This document shows, one piece after another, positions 42,201-51,893 of a DNA stretch of 64,000 bases. This DNA comes from Chrysochromulina tobinii (taxonomy: Eukaryota), in assembly GCA_001275005.1 (NCBI GenBank), contig JWZX01003143.1:1-64000 (forward strand). Direction: 5' to 3'. Every line of letters starts with the position of its first letter. Within the stretch, counting starts at the first letter, position 1. The notes beneath the pieces were generated by a model. The model was not told the origin of the DNA, did not search any database, and saw only the letters and a program-made list of their open reading frames with translations. The translations under genes and the position numbers were made by a program.

Positions 42201-42424
42201 TGGAAATCCTGCACCGAGACTCCTCCACCGATGCCACGACCCGAGTCCATCTCCAGAGACGGTGGGACCGGATTCGTCTCCAGCTTCACTGGATTCATGG
42301 CTTGAGAAGCGATCAGAGAACTCAATACTGGTGGTGCATTCTCGTGTGCTGCCACCCCGGGCGGCGTCGGTTGGCACGTGGTGCCATTCATGGCATCAAC
42401 CGGGACCTCGGCTGTTGTCAGCAT
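39253..42424 (-). CDS. Voltage-gated cyclic-nucleotide-binding-domain (KCNH/CNG-like) cation channel; 3 exons (42424-41588, 41401-41274, 41203-39253)
   Basis: FWDVLMLCLLFYTATVTPYE|VCFM..VDIVLNFFVPY..|..IARRYLGSWFVIDVLSILP; S4 RMLRLLRLIKLMRILRASR; HWLAC; C-linker and degenerate CNBD. Two GT-AG introns restore a continuous frame. Confidence 0.85.
41204..41273 (-). other. 70-nt intron with telomere-like repeats and a duplicated exon start
   Basis: gg|gtaccttgcgaagtca...ccctaaccc...aacccgaacccgaaccctacccgccag|gtaccttgtcaagtca. Confidence 0.85.
41402..41587 (-). other. 186-nt intron built from tandem repeats
   Basis: gag|gttagc...ccactgcag|gtg, containing about 3x 20-mer cagtggcaagaagtgtcact and 2x 33-mer ggtgccaatgagggggctttgggggcatgggtg (41497, 41541). 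Confidence 0.8.
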
Positions 42425-42554
42425 GATTATACGTTGCCGCTCGCCGATACGCGTGAACGTATTGCGCGACGATAGATTCCTACCGGTACGTAGGCGGGCG
42501 GGGCGATCTGGGGGTTGAGTAGCGTAAAATAGACGTTGCAAAGCCGAGCGCCTC

Positions 42555-43748
42555 ATGCCGGCTTCGCTGCGCCTTGCCGAGCGACTCGGCGGTAACAAAG
42601 ACTTAGCCTCGCTCCAGCGCGAGCTTGACAGCCTGCGCGCCTACCGCGACACGTTGCACGACACGATGAAGGGCCTTGTGGAACATTCGCAAGCCCGGCT
42701 CAAGCCAGCAGATGTCCCAGAGCTCGTTGCCAGCCTCAAGTGCGTCGCGGCAGCGCTGACAAACGAACACTCGGCAGCAGTGCAAGAGTTTGCGTACGAG
42801 CTCGAGGCCGCACGGGCCGAAGCAGCGCGGCAACAAGAGCGTGCCGAGAAGGCCGAGGCGCGCGCGCAGGGTAACGCCAGCGCTAAAGACGATGCAGCCA
42901 GCGTCGTCGCGCAGCTGCTCAGGAGGGCCGAGGAGCAGCGCGACACAGCCCTACGCGAGCTGAATGAGCAGCGCGTCGCTCGTCGCGCCGCAGATCGTGC
43001 CGCTAAGGCGTTCGAGGCGGAGGCGGCCGCGCTCGAGGCGGCGCTCACGCGGTCGGCGGCGCGCAGCGAACAGCGAACAGTGGAGGCTGTCGATAAGGCC
43101 CTCGCGCTCGCGGACGCGGCTGCGGGCAGGGCGGCCCATCTTGAGAAGGCGTGCCATGCCCTCGAGCAAGCCGCCTCCGAGGCGCATGCAGCGACCGCAG
43201 CGATGCATGCGCAGTGCATGCGTGCCGAGGTTTCGTCTGTGACGGAGGTGGCAGCCGAGGCAGCGCTTAGCGCGGCCCATGAGCAGGCCCAAAAGGATCG
43301 CCGACTCGCTGAGCAGCGCGACGGGTGGCAGGCCGAGGCGGCCCGCGCGGCGATCGAGAGGACTCACCTTCGGGAGGAGATCAAGCTGCTCGAGCAGCAG
43401 CTGCAGTTGCTCCAGCAAGTTGAGCCGCCGCCGCCGCCGCAGCAGCAGCAGCCACGAGAACCCGTCCCGTCCAGGAATCGCTTCGCGCGGTACGTCGATT
43501 TGCTCAACGAGTGCAAGGCTTCGAAAGAGGCGTCGCCGAGAGATGCTGCGCGTCACGCGGCGGCATTGATGGACCGCGGCGCGCGAGATTTGGTGCGAGA
43601 TTTGGTGCTCACAGCTGCTGGCGGATGCACGGCTCCTGTTAGCCTTAGGAGTCCGAGCCGACCCGACAGCGAAGTGAATGGGGTGATGCGCAGCGCGCGA
43701 GAGCGAGGCGGACCGCTTTTGCAATCTGGGCCGCCACGACCGAGGTAA
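42555..43748 (+). CDS. Hypothetical Ala/Glu-rich coiled-coil protein
   Basis: 397-aa ORF with continuous heptad-like composition, divergent from the channel gene. Confidence 0.65.
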   Translation: MPASLRLAERLGGNKDLASLQRELDSLRAYRDTLHDTMKGLVEHSQARLKPADVPELVASLKCVAAALTNEHSAAVQEFAYELEAARAEAARQQERAEKAEARAQGNASAKDDAASVVAQLLRRAEEQRDTALRELNEQRVARRAADRAAKAFEAEAAALEAALTRSAARSEQRTVEAVDKALALADAAAGRAAHLEKACHALEQAASEAHAATAAMHAQCMRAEVSSVTEVAAEAALSAAHEQAQKDRRLAEQRDGWQAEAARAAIERTHLREEIKLLEQQLQLLQQVEPPPPPQQQQPREPVPSRNRFARYVDLLNECKASKEASPRDAARHAAALMDRGARDLVRDLVLTAAGGCTAPVSLRSPSRPDSEVNGVMRSARERGGPLLQSGPPRPR

Positions 43749-44018
43749 GATCGAGGCGCGAGAGGTACCGTATCCGAACGGCAACGGGAACGCGGCATGG
43801 AACGCGGTTCGGAGCGTGGTGCGTGCGGCGAGGTAACGAGTTGTGACACACCCTACAGTACTGTGATTCTATTAGTCTTAGCTGTTTCGAGCTCCTCGAC
43901 ACTATTGCGCCGTACGTAAGTATTGGTCCACTCTGACCATTTATTCACCATTTATCACATGCCAGTGAGAAAACACTCTCGTCGTCATGCCGTCGAATGG
44001 GGTCGCCTCGTCCATGTC

Positions 44019-44282
44019 TCAAGGTCCTGGCAGGCAAACCATGTGCGCCTCCAGCCCTTCACGTCTCAACCTCTGATAGCCAGCGATGCCCAAGACCAGC
44101 GAGAACACCATCAGTGCGATCCCAATGAGCGTGAGCCGATCGCCCTCGCTGCCGAGGTATTGCCCATATTTGTAGCACGAGATTCCAGCTGGCAGTGTGA
44201 TAAGAATCAAGCCGCCAGCGCGCCGTGCGAACGTGACAGCCGCACGCTGGTAAGGGTCTACGCCGAGCTCATCAAGTGGCAT
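44019..44282 (-). CDS. Possible small two-TM protein
   Basis: MPLDELGVDPYQR...GLILITLPAGI...LTLIGIALMVFSLVLGIAGY; about 87 aa. Confidence 0.35.
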   Translation of the reverse strand: MPLDELGVDPYQRAAVTFARRAGGLILITLPAGISCYKYGQYLGSEGDRLTLIGIALMVFSLVLGIAGYQRLRREGLEAHMVCLPGP

Positions 44283-44491
44283 AGTACAACAGCAGCGCTC
44301 TGCGTCCGCTCGCGTTCTCGTCCTAGGACCGCTTTCTGGGAAGGGCGGAGCACAAACCCGCGTGGTGTGTTTTGTTCTGTGAAGATTTCGCACCAAAAAA
44401 AGGCAAACTTGCGCCGACAGTCCGCCGTATCGGTGCATTCATGCGCGGCGTCTCGGAGTCTCTTCTACGCACTCGCCGTCTGCGGCGCCCG

Positions 44492-47310
44492 TCAATCCTC
44501 ATCCTCGACGTCGTCGGCGGGGTACATGACGCTAGTGTCGGAGATCGAGATGACCCAGTCGTTGGCCTGCACGTCGAAGAGGTGGATGCTGTCAAAGGCG
44601 GCCCGCTTGTCGGGATCGGCGAGGATGGCCGAGAAGTGCTTGTGGTACGCGCGCAGCGTGGAGACCGTCTGCTCCTTGGTGATGAACCGCCCGAAAGCCT
44701 GGCCCGAGAGCATGCGGTTTCGCAGAAACTTCCAGTTGGTGAGTGGCGTGATGTGCGTACCGAAGAGATGGACTTTGCAGCCACGCTCGGCGAGCCGGTT
44801 TGCAATGGTGAGCACGTGATCAGCGTCGTGTAGCGTCTTCTCGAGGATGATCGAGCGACCTTCGGCTAGGGCCCGGTCGGCGACTTGATGGTTGAGGAGA
44901 ATGGACTCTCGATGTAGATATTGAGAGTGCAAGAGATGCTTGCCCGGACCTGACTTCTCATTGTTCTGACGGACGAGCACCGAGAGCTCGTCGTCGCCCC
45001 ACGCAGCCAAGTACTCCTTGATGAGATCCGCGGACGCATCGAGCAATGGCAGCCCGAGCGTGCGCAGGTAGCGCTTGAGCACAGTGTCCTTGCCCGAGCC
45101 CGGCACACCCACCACGATGAAGACGTGCGTGTCTTGCGGGAGCGTTGCAAGCCGATCGGTAAGCGGACCCAGCCGCCGCCGCGGCGACACGGACGGCGTC
45201 GAGAAGCGTCCAGCCGTGAGCGCCGAGGTGAAGATCATCTGCACGATGCGCTCGTGCAACGCCTTGCGCTCTGGGGTGAACGCGTCGCAAGCGCAGGTGT
45301 ACTCGTCGCCGTCGAGGCTCGTGATGAGGCGCGGCGCCGCGCAGCAGCGCACAATCGAGTCGCGTGTCACTTCTGGATCGGACCTGATGAAGGAGGCAAT
45401 CCGTGGTCATCAGTGGTCATCAGTGGTCATCTGAGGCCATCCGTGGTCATCAGGGGCCGTCCGTCGCGATCCGGGCCAATCAAAGGCCTTCGGAACAGTC
45501 GCCATCAGTCGCCATCAGTCGCCATCAGTCGCCATCAGTGGTCATCAGTGGTCATCAGTGGTCATCAGTGGTCATCAGTGGCCATCAGTGGCCATCAGTG
45601 GCCATCAGTGGCCATCAGTGGCCATCAAAGGCCATCGGACCAGTCGCCGAGGTAGTTGAGTGAGGAGAGCGAACGCTTGAGAAGCTCCATCTCGTGCTCC
45701 GAGAGTGGCAGCTCTAGATCCTCCATCCTCGCGAGCTCGTCGAGCTCCTCCACACGCAGTGGCGGTAGCTTCGGACGAATACGGCTGCCCGTGAGCAGCC
45801 CGGCGGCGGAGACGGAGGGCTCTGATTCGCCCCACTGTGGCGCGATCGTCTCTTGAGTGAGCATGCGGTCGATGGCGTTCATCGATTCCAGATTGGCCTT
45901 CCAGATCGCCTCCCCAGACTTGACTGGACTTGCCTCCCCCGAGGCCCGCTGCGCCGTACTCTCCTCGGTCGACGCGCCGACCGGGTCGCCGCTGATGCTC
46001 GAGTACAGCACTCGGTCGACTGGGTCTCCGCCTTCGTCGGCGACCCGGTCTCTGCCGCCACCGAGGCCATCGCATTCGGCAAGGCATTCGTCATCGTCGC
46101 CACATTGCTCTTCAGAAGTCCGTGGGCTATTGCTGCTGCCGCTGCTGCTGCGCGCCATCCACGCAGCCGCCCGGTTGTCCAGACCCCAATAATCCGTGCG
46201 CTTGTCCTTGGTCCAATAATCAATCACCGCGTTCGCCGTGAACATTCGGCGTGTATCAATCAGCGCGTTGGCCCGACGCGGGCGCGGCTTGGGAAGGCAC
46301 TTCGAGGCGCTGCGCAGGAAGCCAAGCTCGGGGCGCTCGAGTGCATCCGCCGAGCCCGGCCTCACGGCGCGCGAGACGAGCGGCCGCTTCATGTACTCGG
46401 GCAACGGCTCCTTTCTCGACTCTCCATACTGAATGTCCATAAACTTGCCGCGATAGGGAGACGCACGCCAACGGCCGGCGAGCGCGTAGGTGCCGCTCTG
46501 TGGACTCTTCTCGAGCACCCAGATCTCGCAGTTGGAGGGGTTCCACACCTGCTCGAACTCGTACACCGTCCAACGCAGGTAGCACATGCAGAAGATACGC
46601 ATGAGCAGCCCGTGTGTCACCAGCACGTAGTTCTCGTCGCGCGTGCTAGCGTCGCTGCTCGGTGCCTCCGGAGCAGACTCAAAGTAGTCGCCCTTGGTGG
46701 TGTCGGACATGGTGCGGAAGAGGTACGTGATGAACGATGCCATCCGATCAAAGACGTCCGTGCCCGCCTCGCCGTTCGGGAAGCGGTAGTAGAAGCGTCC
46801 GAACTTCTGACGCTCGTTGAGCACCGCGCGCATCGCCTCGTGGCTCTGGAAGTTGCCAAAGTCCTGCTCGCGCAGCCGCGGCTCCGACGAAACCTTGACT
46901 GTCTGCCCATCGAAGGCTCGGAGGATCGCAAGCAGAGTCTGCCGTGCACGCAGGTACGGCGACACGAAGAAGCGCACCGTCTCATTGCCAATGAGCTGCC
47001 GAATCTGCAGCCCAGCAACCGCGCCCTGAGCGAATCCGTGCTCCGTCAGCGCGATCTGCGAGTCTGGGGTGGTGCTGTAGGCGCTCCTGTCTATGTTGCC
47101 CTCCGACTCGCCGTGGCGCACCAGGATGATGCGATTCGGCCGTTGCTCAAATTCCTTGAGCACCCTCAGATTGGACAAGGCCGCATCGAGCTTCTCAAGA
47201 TCGAGGCCGTCGAAGAGCCCCATGCGTGGCGGTGGTACCCTTAGAGCAAGCGGCCTTGGCGCCAGCATGGCTAACACCGCCGCGGCCGCATGAATCGCCA
47301 CGGCCGCCAT
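44492..47310 (-). CDS. Histidine phosphatase (PGAM family) fused to a zeta-toxin-like P-loop kinase; 2 exons (47310-45641, 45383-44492); likely plastid-targeted
   Basis: IILVRHGESEGN, SPYLRARQT, EPRLREQDFGNFQ, RFPNGE, LVTHG; then VGVPGSGKD, ADLIKEYL, LHRES, ALAEGRSIILE. Intron 45384-45640 joins GDW|SDPEVTRDSIVR in frame. Signal+transit-like N-terminus. Confidence 0.8.
45384..45640 (-). repeat. 257-nt intron filled with a 10-mer satellite (gtggccatca / gtggtcatca / gtcgccatca)
   Basis: Minus strand: tg|gtccgatggcc...(tgatggccac)n...gattgcctccttcatcag|gtccgatcc. Confidence 0.9.
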
Positions 47311-47840
47311 GTTCGCCGGCGTGAGAATGCCTGTGTGGTCTTGTTGCGGCGGTCGACTTTCAGTTTCGTTCATTAAAACCCCAAAACCCGACTCGACAAA
47401 AGAGGGGAGGAGAATCGCACTAAATGAGGCGAGGCGCGGCTAATGTACGCTAATTGAACAGCCTCGAAGAGAGCCATGCGACTTTCGCCAAGAATACCAC
47501 CGCGTCGGTCGAGCGGACGAGCGCGGGCGGGCCGGTTTTAGAGTTTTTCTGCACGCGAGACCCTGCGTGCCACACCCGGTACGGCATCTCGCGGTCCTCC
47601 CCCCACCGTGCGGCTAAATCTCGGCGGCCGTCGTTCTCGCGGACGCAACGACCTTCCACTTCTCACCGCACCCGCCTACATGTTACCTACATGTACTGTA
47701 CAAGGAATCTAGTACTATAGGAAATATCCTACAAGCACCCACATTATTTGGGGTTGTTTTCTCATTTCTATAGAGAGAGATTTGTGACTGAACGAGCTAC
47801 CCTACCAATTGGCGGGAGCGCGGGACCCCTGAATTGCGGT

Positions 47841-48070
47841 CAAGGGTAGTCGACGGGGGTGTAACGGCGACGGGGGTGCTCTCGCGTCAGCGGGGCAACT
47901 TGATTACCATCGGTAATACGCAGTAAACCTAAATGTAGTGATTTACAGTCAATATCGCCAAAATTTTCGCGCCTGCGGCGGGCTGAAAAACGCGCGCGGG
48001 GCAACTTGATTACCCCCCCTCTATAGATGAGCACCCCCGTCACTTCCCAAGAGGCCGTCGATACCCCGGG
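47841..48070. mobile_element. Putative non-autonomous hAT-like DNA transposon (MITE), 230 bp
   Basis: 8-bp direct repeat attgcggt at 47833-47840 and 48071-48078. Imperfect TIRs caagggtagtcgacgg / ccgtcgataccccggg, and a perfect subterminal 13-bp IR (47869-47881 vs 48029-48041). Internal 19-bp direct repeat gcggggcaacttgattacc (47890, 47996). Confidence 0.7.
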
Positions 48071-49013
48071 ATTGCGGTGGGGGAAATTGAAGGGGGTGTC
48101 GGATCAGTCGGCGTGGGAGTTATAGTATGAGGCACATGCGACATCTTCATGGGAATGGGACGGGCGCATGGTGACAATGGCGGGGCACACGCTCGTGGTG
48201 GCTCACTAATTCCAATTGACTAATTCTGTCAAGTTGAGTGGAAGGCACCGTGCTCCCAGCACGGACTTGTGGTCAGACCGAATACGGTAACAGAACATGT
48301 CATTTTTTTCTCCTAAAAAAACATGTACATGTAGAGCATGTCATCAAGGGGGGTCCTGCCAATGTGTGGGTAGCTTGGTAAGTTACAAAGTTCTCTCTAT
48401 CATCAACCAGGGCATTAAAGGGCATGTCATTTCCTTTCTAGTTCTTGTTTCGTCTCTAACCTCCAGACCCATTTTTATTTTCGGAGCACGGCGAGACCGT
48501 TGCGTGGTGGACGAGAGGACGTGGTGGACGGTGCGGAGGGACAGGGCTGATGAGAGAGTGATTGATTGGATCTGAGATCGATTGCCTGAGCAATACAGAG
48601 AGGAGCCGGGCCGCACGGGCTGAGGATAGGGGCCGTAGCGAGGACGAAGGGGCCACTATTCTCCGGCTGTAGGCAGCCCGCGCGTCTCCTTTAATGAGCG
48701 CGCCGAGGAGACGCCAGTGGAGCACCCCTTCATATGGCTGCCGACATCTCTCGTGTTGCTAGAAACCCTCTCGGTGTGGTGCAAAGGCGTCAATCTAGTC
48801 CGAGTGCGAGTGGATGATTCCGAGTACATGGATAGCGGTGTGAACGAAGAGGAGGAAGACTTGCGTTGTTTATAGCTACCCGAAAAAAAAGGTGGTTATA
48901 ACTACTGTATTCATACATGTTAGGTATCCCGAAAAAAAACAATTTTGGATATTTTTTTTTTCCGGGCTGCAGCAGCCGGGCACTTATGTCGGCTATATCG
49001 ATGTCCGCAAGCG

Positions 49014-51017
49014 ATGACGGCTTCAAAGACTGTGCCCGAGGAAATGGAGGAGGAGTTGAACGCGCCTGACGGCGCGCAGTACACCGCCGAGGAGCCCGAG
49101 GAGGATGCCGGTGACCCCGGTGTACGCACAGTTGAACTCATCGAGTCAGCTCCTGGAGTTCGGACAGCGAGCGCAGACTGCGAGCGCGGCAAGGGTATCA
49201 CTCACCCATTGGGCTGCGAGTGGGTCGATCTGTCGGTCTCCGTCCGTGTCAAGAAGCGAAACAAAGGCGAGCGGGGCGTCACCATGAAGCAGCTTGTTCA
49301 GCCCACCTCTGGTTACGCGCAGTCAGGCGACCTGCTCGCCGTGATGGGCCCGTCAGGGAGCGGAAAGACGACGCTCCTCGACGCGATCGCGGGTCGCATG
49401 AAGTCTGCGGCAGTCGGTGGCTCCATCACCTTTGACGGCTCCGTACTCACCGACTCGCAACATCAGGCCTTCGTGTCGTATGTCGCGCAGGAAGACTCGT
49501 TGCTGGGCGTGTTCACGGTGAGTGAGACACTGAGGATGGCGCTTCGGTTCCGCTACGGCTACAACATGAAGAGCGAGGCAGAGCTCAAGAGCCTCGAGAG
49601 TCACGCCCTGAAGTTGGTTGGCCTCACCTCGGCCGCGGGCACCAAGGTCGGCGACATTTTCCGCAAGGGCCTCTCCGGTGGGCAGAAGCGGCGGCTTTCG
49701 CTCGCCGTGGAGCTAGTCAAGGCGCCGAAGGTGATGGTGCTCGACGAGCCGACGAGCGGGCTCGACTCGGCCTCGGCCTTTGGCATCATGTCCTCCCTGA
49801 CCGCGCTCGCCAAGCTCGGCCACACCGTCATTGCTACCATCCACCAGCCGTCGTCGGACGTGTGGACTCTCTTCGATAAGCTGCTGCTGCTCTCCGAAGG
49901 GCGCACGCTCTTCTTTGGCGAGTCGAGGGCGGCTGTCGGTTACTTTGGCGCGCTCGGCCACCAGTGCCCCGAGCTCTCGAACCCCGCCGACTTTTTCCTC
50001 GCGCTGATCAACACCGACTTCCCACTCCATGCGTGCGACCTCGGCTACCTGCAGAGGGCGTACGGCAAGGGCGCGCCCGCCGCCGCCGGCAGCGCGTACG
50101 CCGGGCTGCTGCCGCACGAGGTGGCGCTGGCGAAGCGGCAAAAAAAGCACGTCGACCTCGACGTGCTCCACGCTGGCAAGGCCTGTGGCTTCCTTGCTGA
50201 CTGTGTGACCCTCTCGAAGCGCAACCTCCTCAACAATCTACGCAACCCGGGTATCTTCTGGGTACGCTTCGCTATGTACACGATGCTCTCGCTGATGATC
50301 GGGCTCATGTACTTGGAGCTCGGAGACGACTTCTCGCCGTCGTCGGTCCTCTCACGCATCAACATCCTCTTCTTCGTCGCCGCCTTCCTTGTCTTCATGT
50401 CTGTCGCGGTGCTGCCCTTCTTCATCATCGAGCGCGCGACCTTCCTGCGCGAGCGCGGCAATGGCTCATACTCGGTGGGCGCGTTCGTGCTCTCGAACGT
50501 GTCGATGGCGCTGCCCGGTATCTTCGTGATCGCACTTGCCTCGACGGCGCTCATCGTCCCCCTCGCCAAGCTCAACGGCTTCGGCATCTACCTTGCCGCG
50601 CTCACCGCGGCGCTCTTCACCGCCGAGGGATTCATGAGTCTGACCGGCGCTCTCGTGCCGCATTACATCATCGGGATTGCGCTCGGCGCGGGCGTCTTCG
50701 GCTTTTTCATGCTAGTTGAGGGCTTCTTCATCGTCAAGGACGACATCCCGCCGTGGTTCATCTGGGTGCACTACTTGGCCTTCCACACATACATCTTCCG
50801 CGCCTTCATGGCCAACGAGTTCGAGCCGATCGCCTCCTTTGACGAGCTACCGGGCGGCGCGCCCGCTCAGTTCAGTAGCGGGCGTGCGGTGCTCGAGTTC
50901 TATTCGATGGCCGACGTGGCCATTGGGCGCGACATTGGCATCGTCGTCGCCTTTGGCTTCTTCTTCTACGCCATGTACGCCGTCGTCCTTCAGCTCTTCC
51001 ACACGGGGAAGCGCTGA
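49014..51017 (+). CDS. ABCG (White-family) half transporter
   Basis: Walker A GPSGSGKT, signature LSGGQKRR, Walker B VMVLDEPTSGLD, TIHQPS, NPADFF, followed by a 6-TM domain (NBD-TMD order). Confidence 0.95.
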   Translation: MTASKTVPEEMEEELNAPDGAQYTAEEPEEDAGDPGVRTVELIESAPGVRTASADCERGKGITHPLGCEWVDLSVSVRVKKRNKGERGVTMKQLVQPTSGYAQSGDLLAVMGPSGSGKTTLLDAIAGRMKSAAVGGSITFDGSVLTDSQHQAFVSYVAQEDSLLGVFTVSETLRMALRFRYGYNMKSEAELKSLESHALKLVGLTSAAGTKVGDIFRKGLSGGQKRRLSLAVELVKAPKVMVLDEPTSGLDSASAFGIMSSLTALAKLGHTVIATIHQPSSDVWTLFDKLLLLSEGRTLFFGESRAAVGYFGALGHQCPELSNPADFFLALINTDFPLHACDLGYLQRAYGKGAPAAAGSAYAGLLPHEVALAKRQKKHVDLDVLHAGKACGFLADCVTLSKRNLLNNLRNPGIFWVRFAMYTMLSLMIGLMYLELGDDFSPSSVLSRINILFFVAAFLVFMSVAVLPFFIIERATFLRERGNGSYSVGAFVLSNVSMALPGIFVIALASTALIVPLAKLNGFGIYLAALTAALFTAEGFMSLTGALVPHYIIGIALGAGVFGFFMLVEGFFIVKDDIPPWFIWVHYLAFHTYIFRAFMANEFEPIASFDELPGGAPAQFSSGRAVLEFYSMADVAIGRDIGIVVAFGFFFYAMYAVVLQLFHTGKR

Positions 51018-51893
51018 TGGCAGACGAGGGCACGAGCCGACGCCGCGAGGTGCACTCTACCATCCTGCGTTCCCGCCCCGGATGAGTCCCGACGAGCCCT
51101 GAATTACGTGCATGGGACTCGAACATGGACGCACAGCCAGGCGAGGGGGGCGGAGTGCGTGGTCCGTTGGCATTGCGCAGGGAAGCACAGCAGGGGGGGA
51201 GCGGAGCTCAGTCCATGGCCCAGCCTCGATGGAATTCGAGCTTTGAGGCACGGTACACGAGCTCCGGTACGAGAGAGCGCGGCCAAGTCCCACATGCCTC
51301 ATGCGACACATGGGACATGCGACAGCGGTGTGTGGGGGGTGACCTGGGGTTATGTGCGTGCAGCTGTCGAACAGCCTTCGACGCGGGAGGCGCGGGAGGC
51401 CCGGGCTAGAGCGCGCGACGACCGGCCGCGCCGGGACGGCGGGTGGAGGCCGCGCACACGCGACACGGCTTGACCTTGAGCCTTGGGGCGCTGAGGGAAC
51501 ATCAACACCACGCCATCCTCCATACGCCGTAGGACAGCCGCGTGGGAGGCACCACGCTCGTCAACAAACTTTTCGAAGATTTTCGAACGGATGGTCATGC
51601 TCGTGGTCCGGCTCTCGAGTCTCGTCTGAATACACGACCCCGACGCGCTCGCACAGCCGCAATCACGCTCTGCGCTCCGTTAACGGCTCGTCGCGCATGC
51701 TCGTCGCGTCACCCCGCGGGCGGTACGTCAGCTCCTCTCTCGTGCTCGTCCGGTCTCGTCTGGAGAAGATCCGCAGTCCGCATGGAGAAGGAGATCGTGA
51801 TGGAGATCCGACTCTCCGGGGCTGCTAAGGATTGACTGGCTCACTGACTGGCTGAGACCTGTGAATTACTACCTCCCCTGTGAATTACCTCCC

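Noticed and set aside
44492..45370. Stand-alone zeta toxin / toxin-antitoxin system
   Set aside because: The ORF has no ATG start, splices in frame to the upstream phosphatase, and has no antitoxin; the context is eukaryotic.
45403..45630. Tandem array as a CRISPR, or as the ORF MVISGHQW...
   Set aside because: It is a 10-nt satellite with no unique spacers and no cas genes, and it lies inside an intron of the minus-strand gene.
48875..48970. Imperfect inverted repeat (cccgaaaaaaaa / ttttttttccggg) upstream of ABCG
   Set aside because: Mostly A/T homopolymer pairing with no TSD; too weak to call an element or terminator.
51100..51860. Several short ORFs between ABCG and the EF-hand gene
   Set aside because: No recognisable motifs or consistent exon structure.
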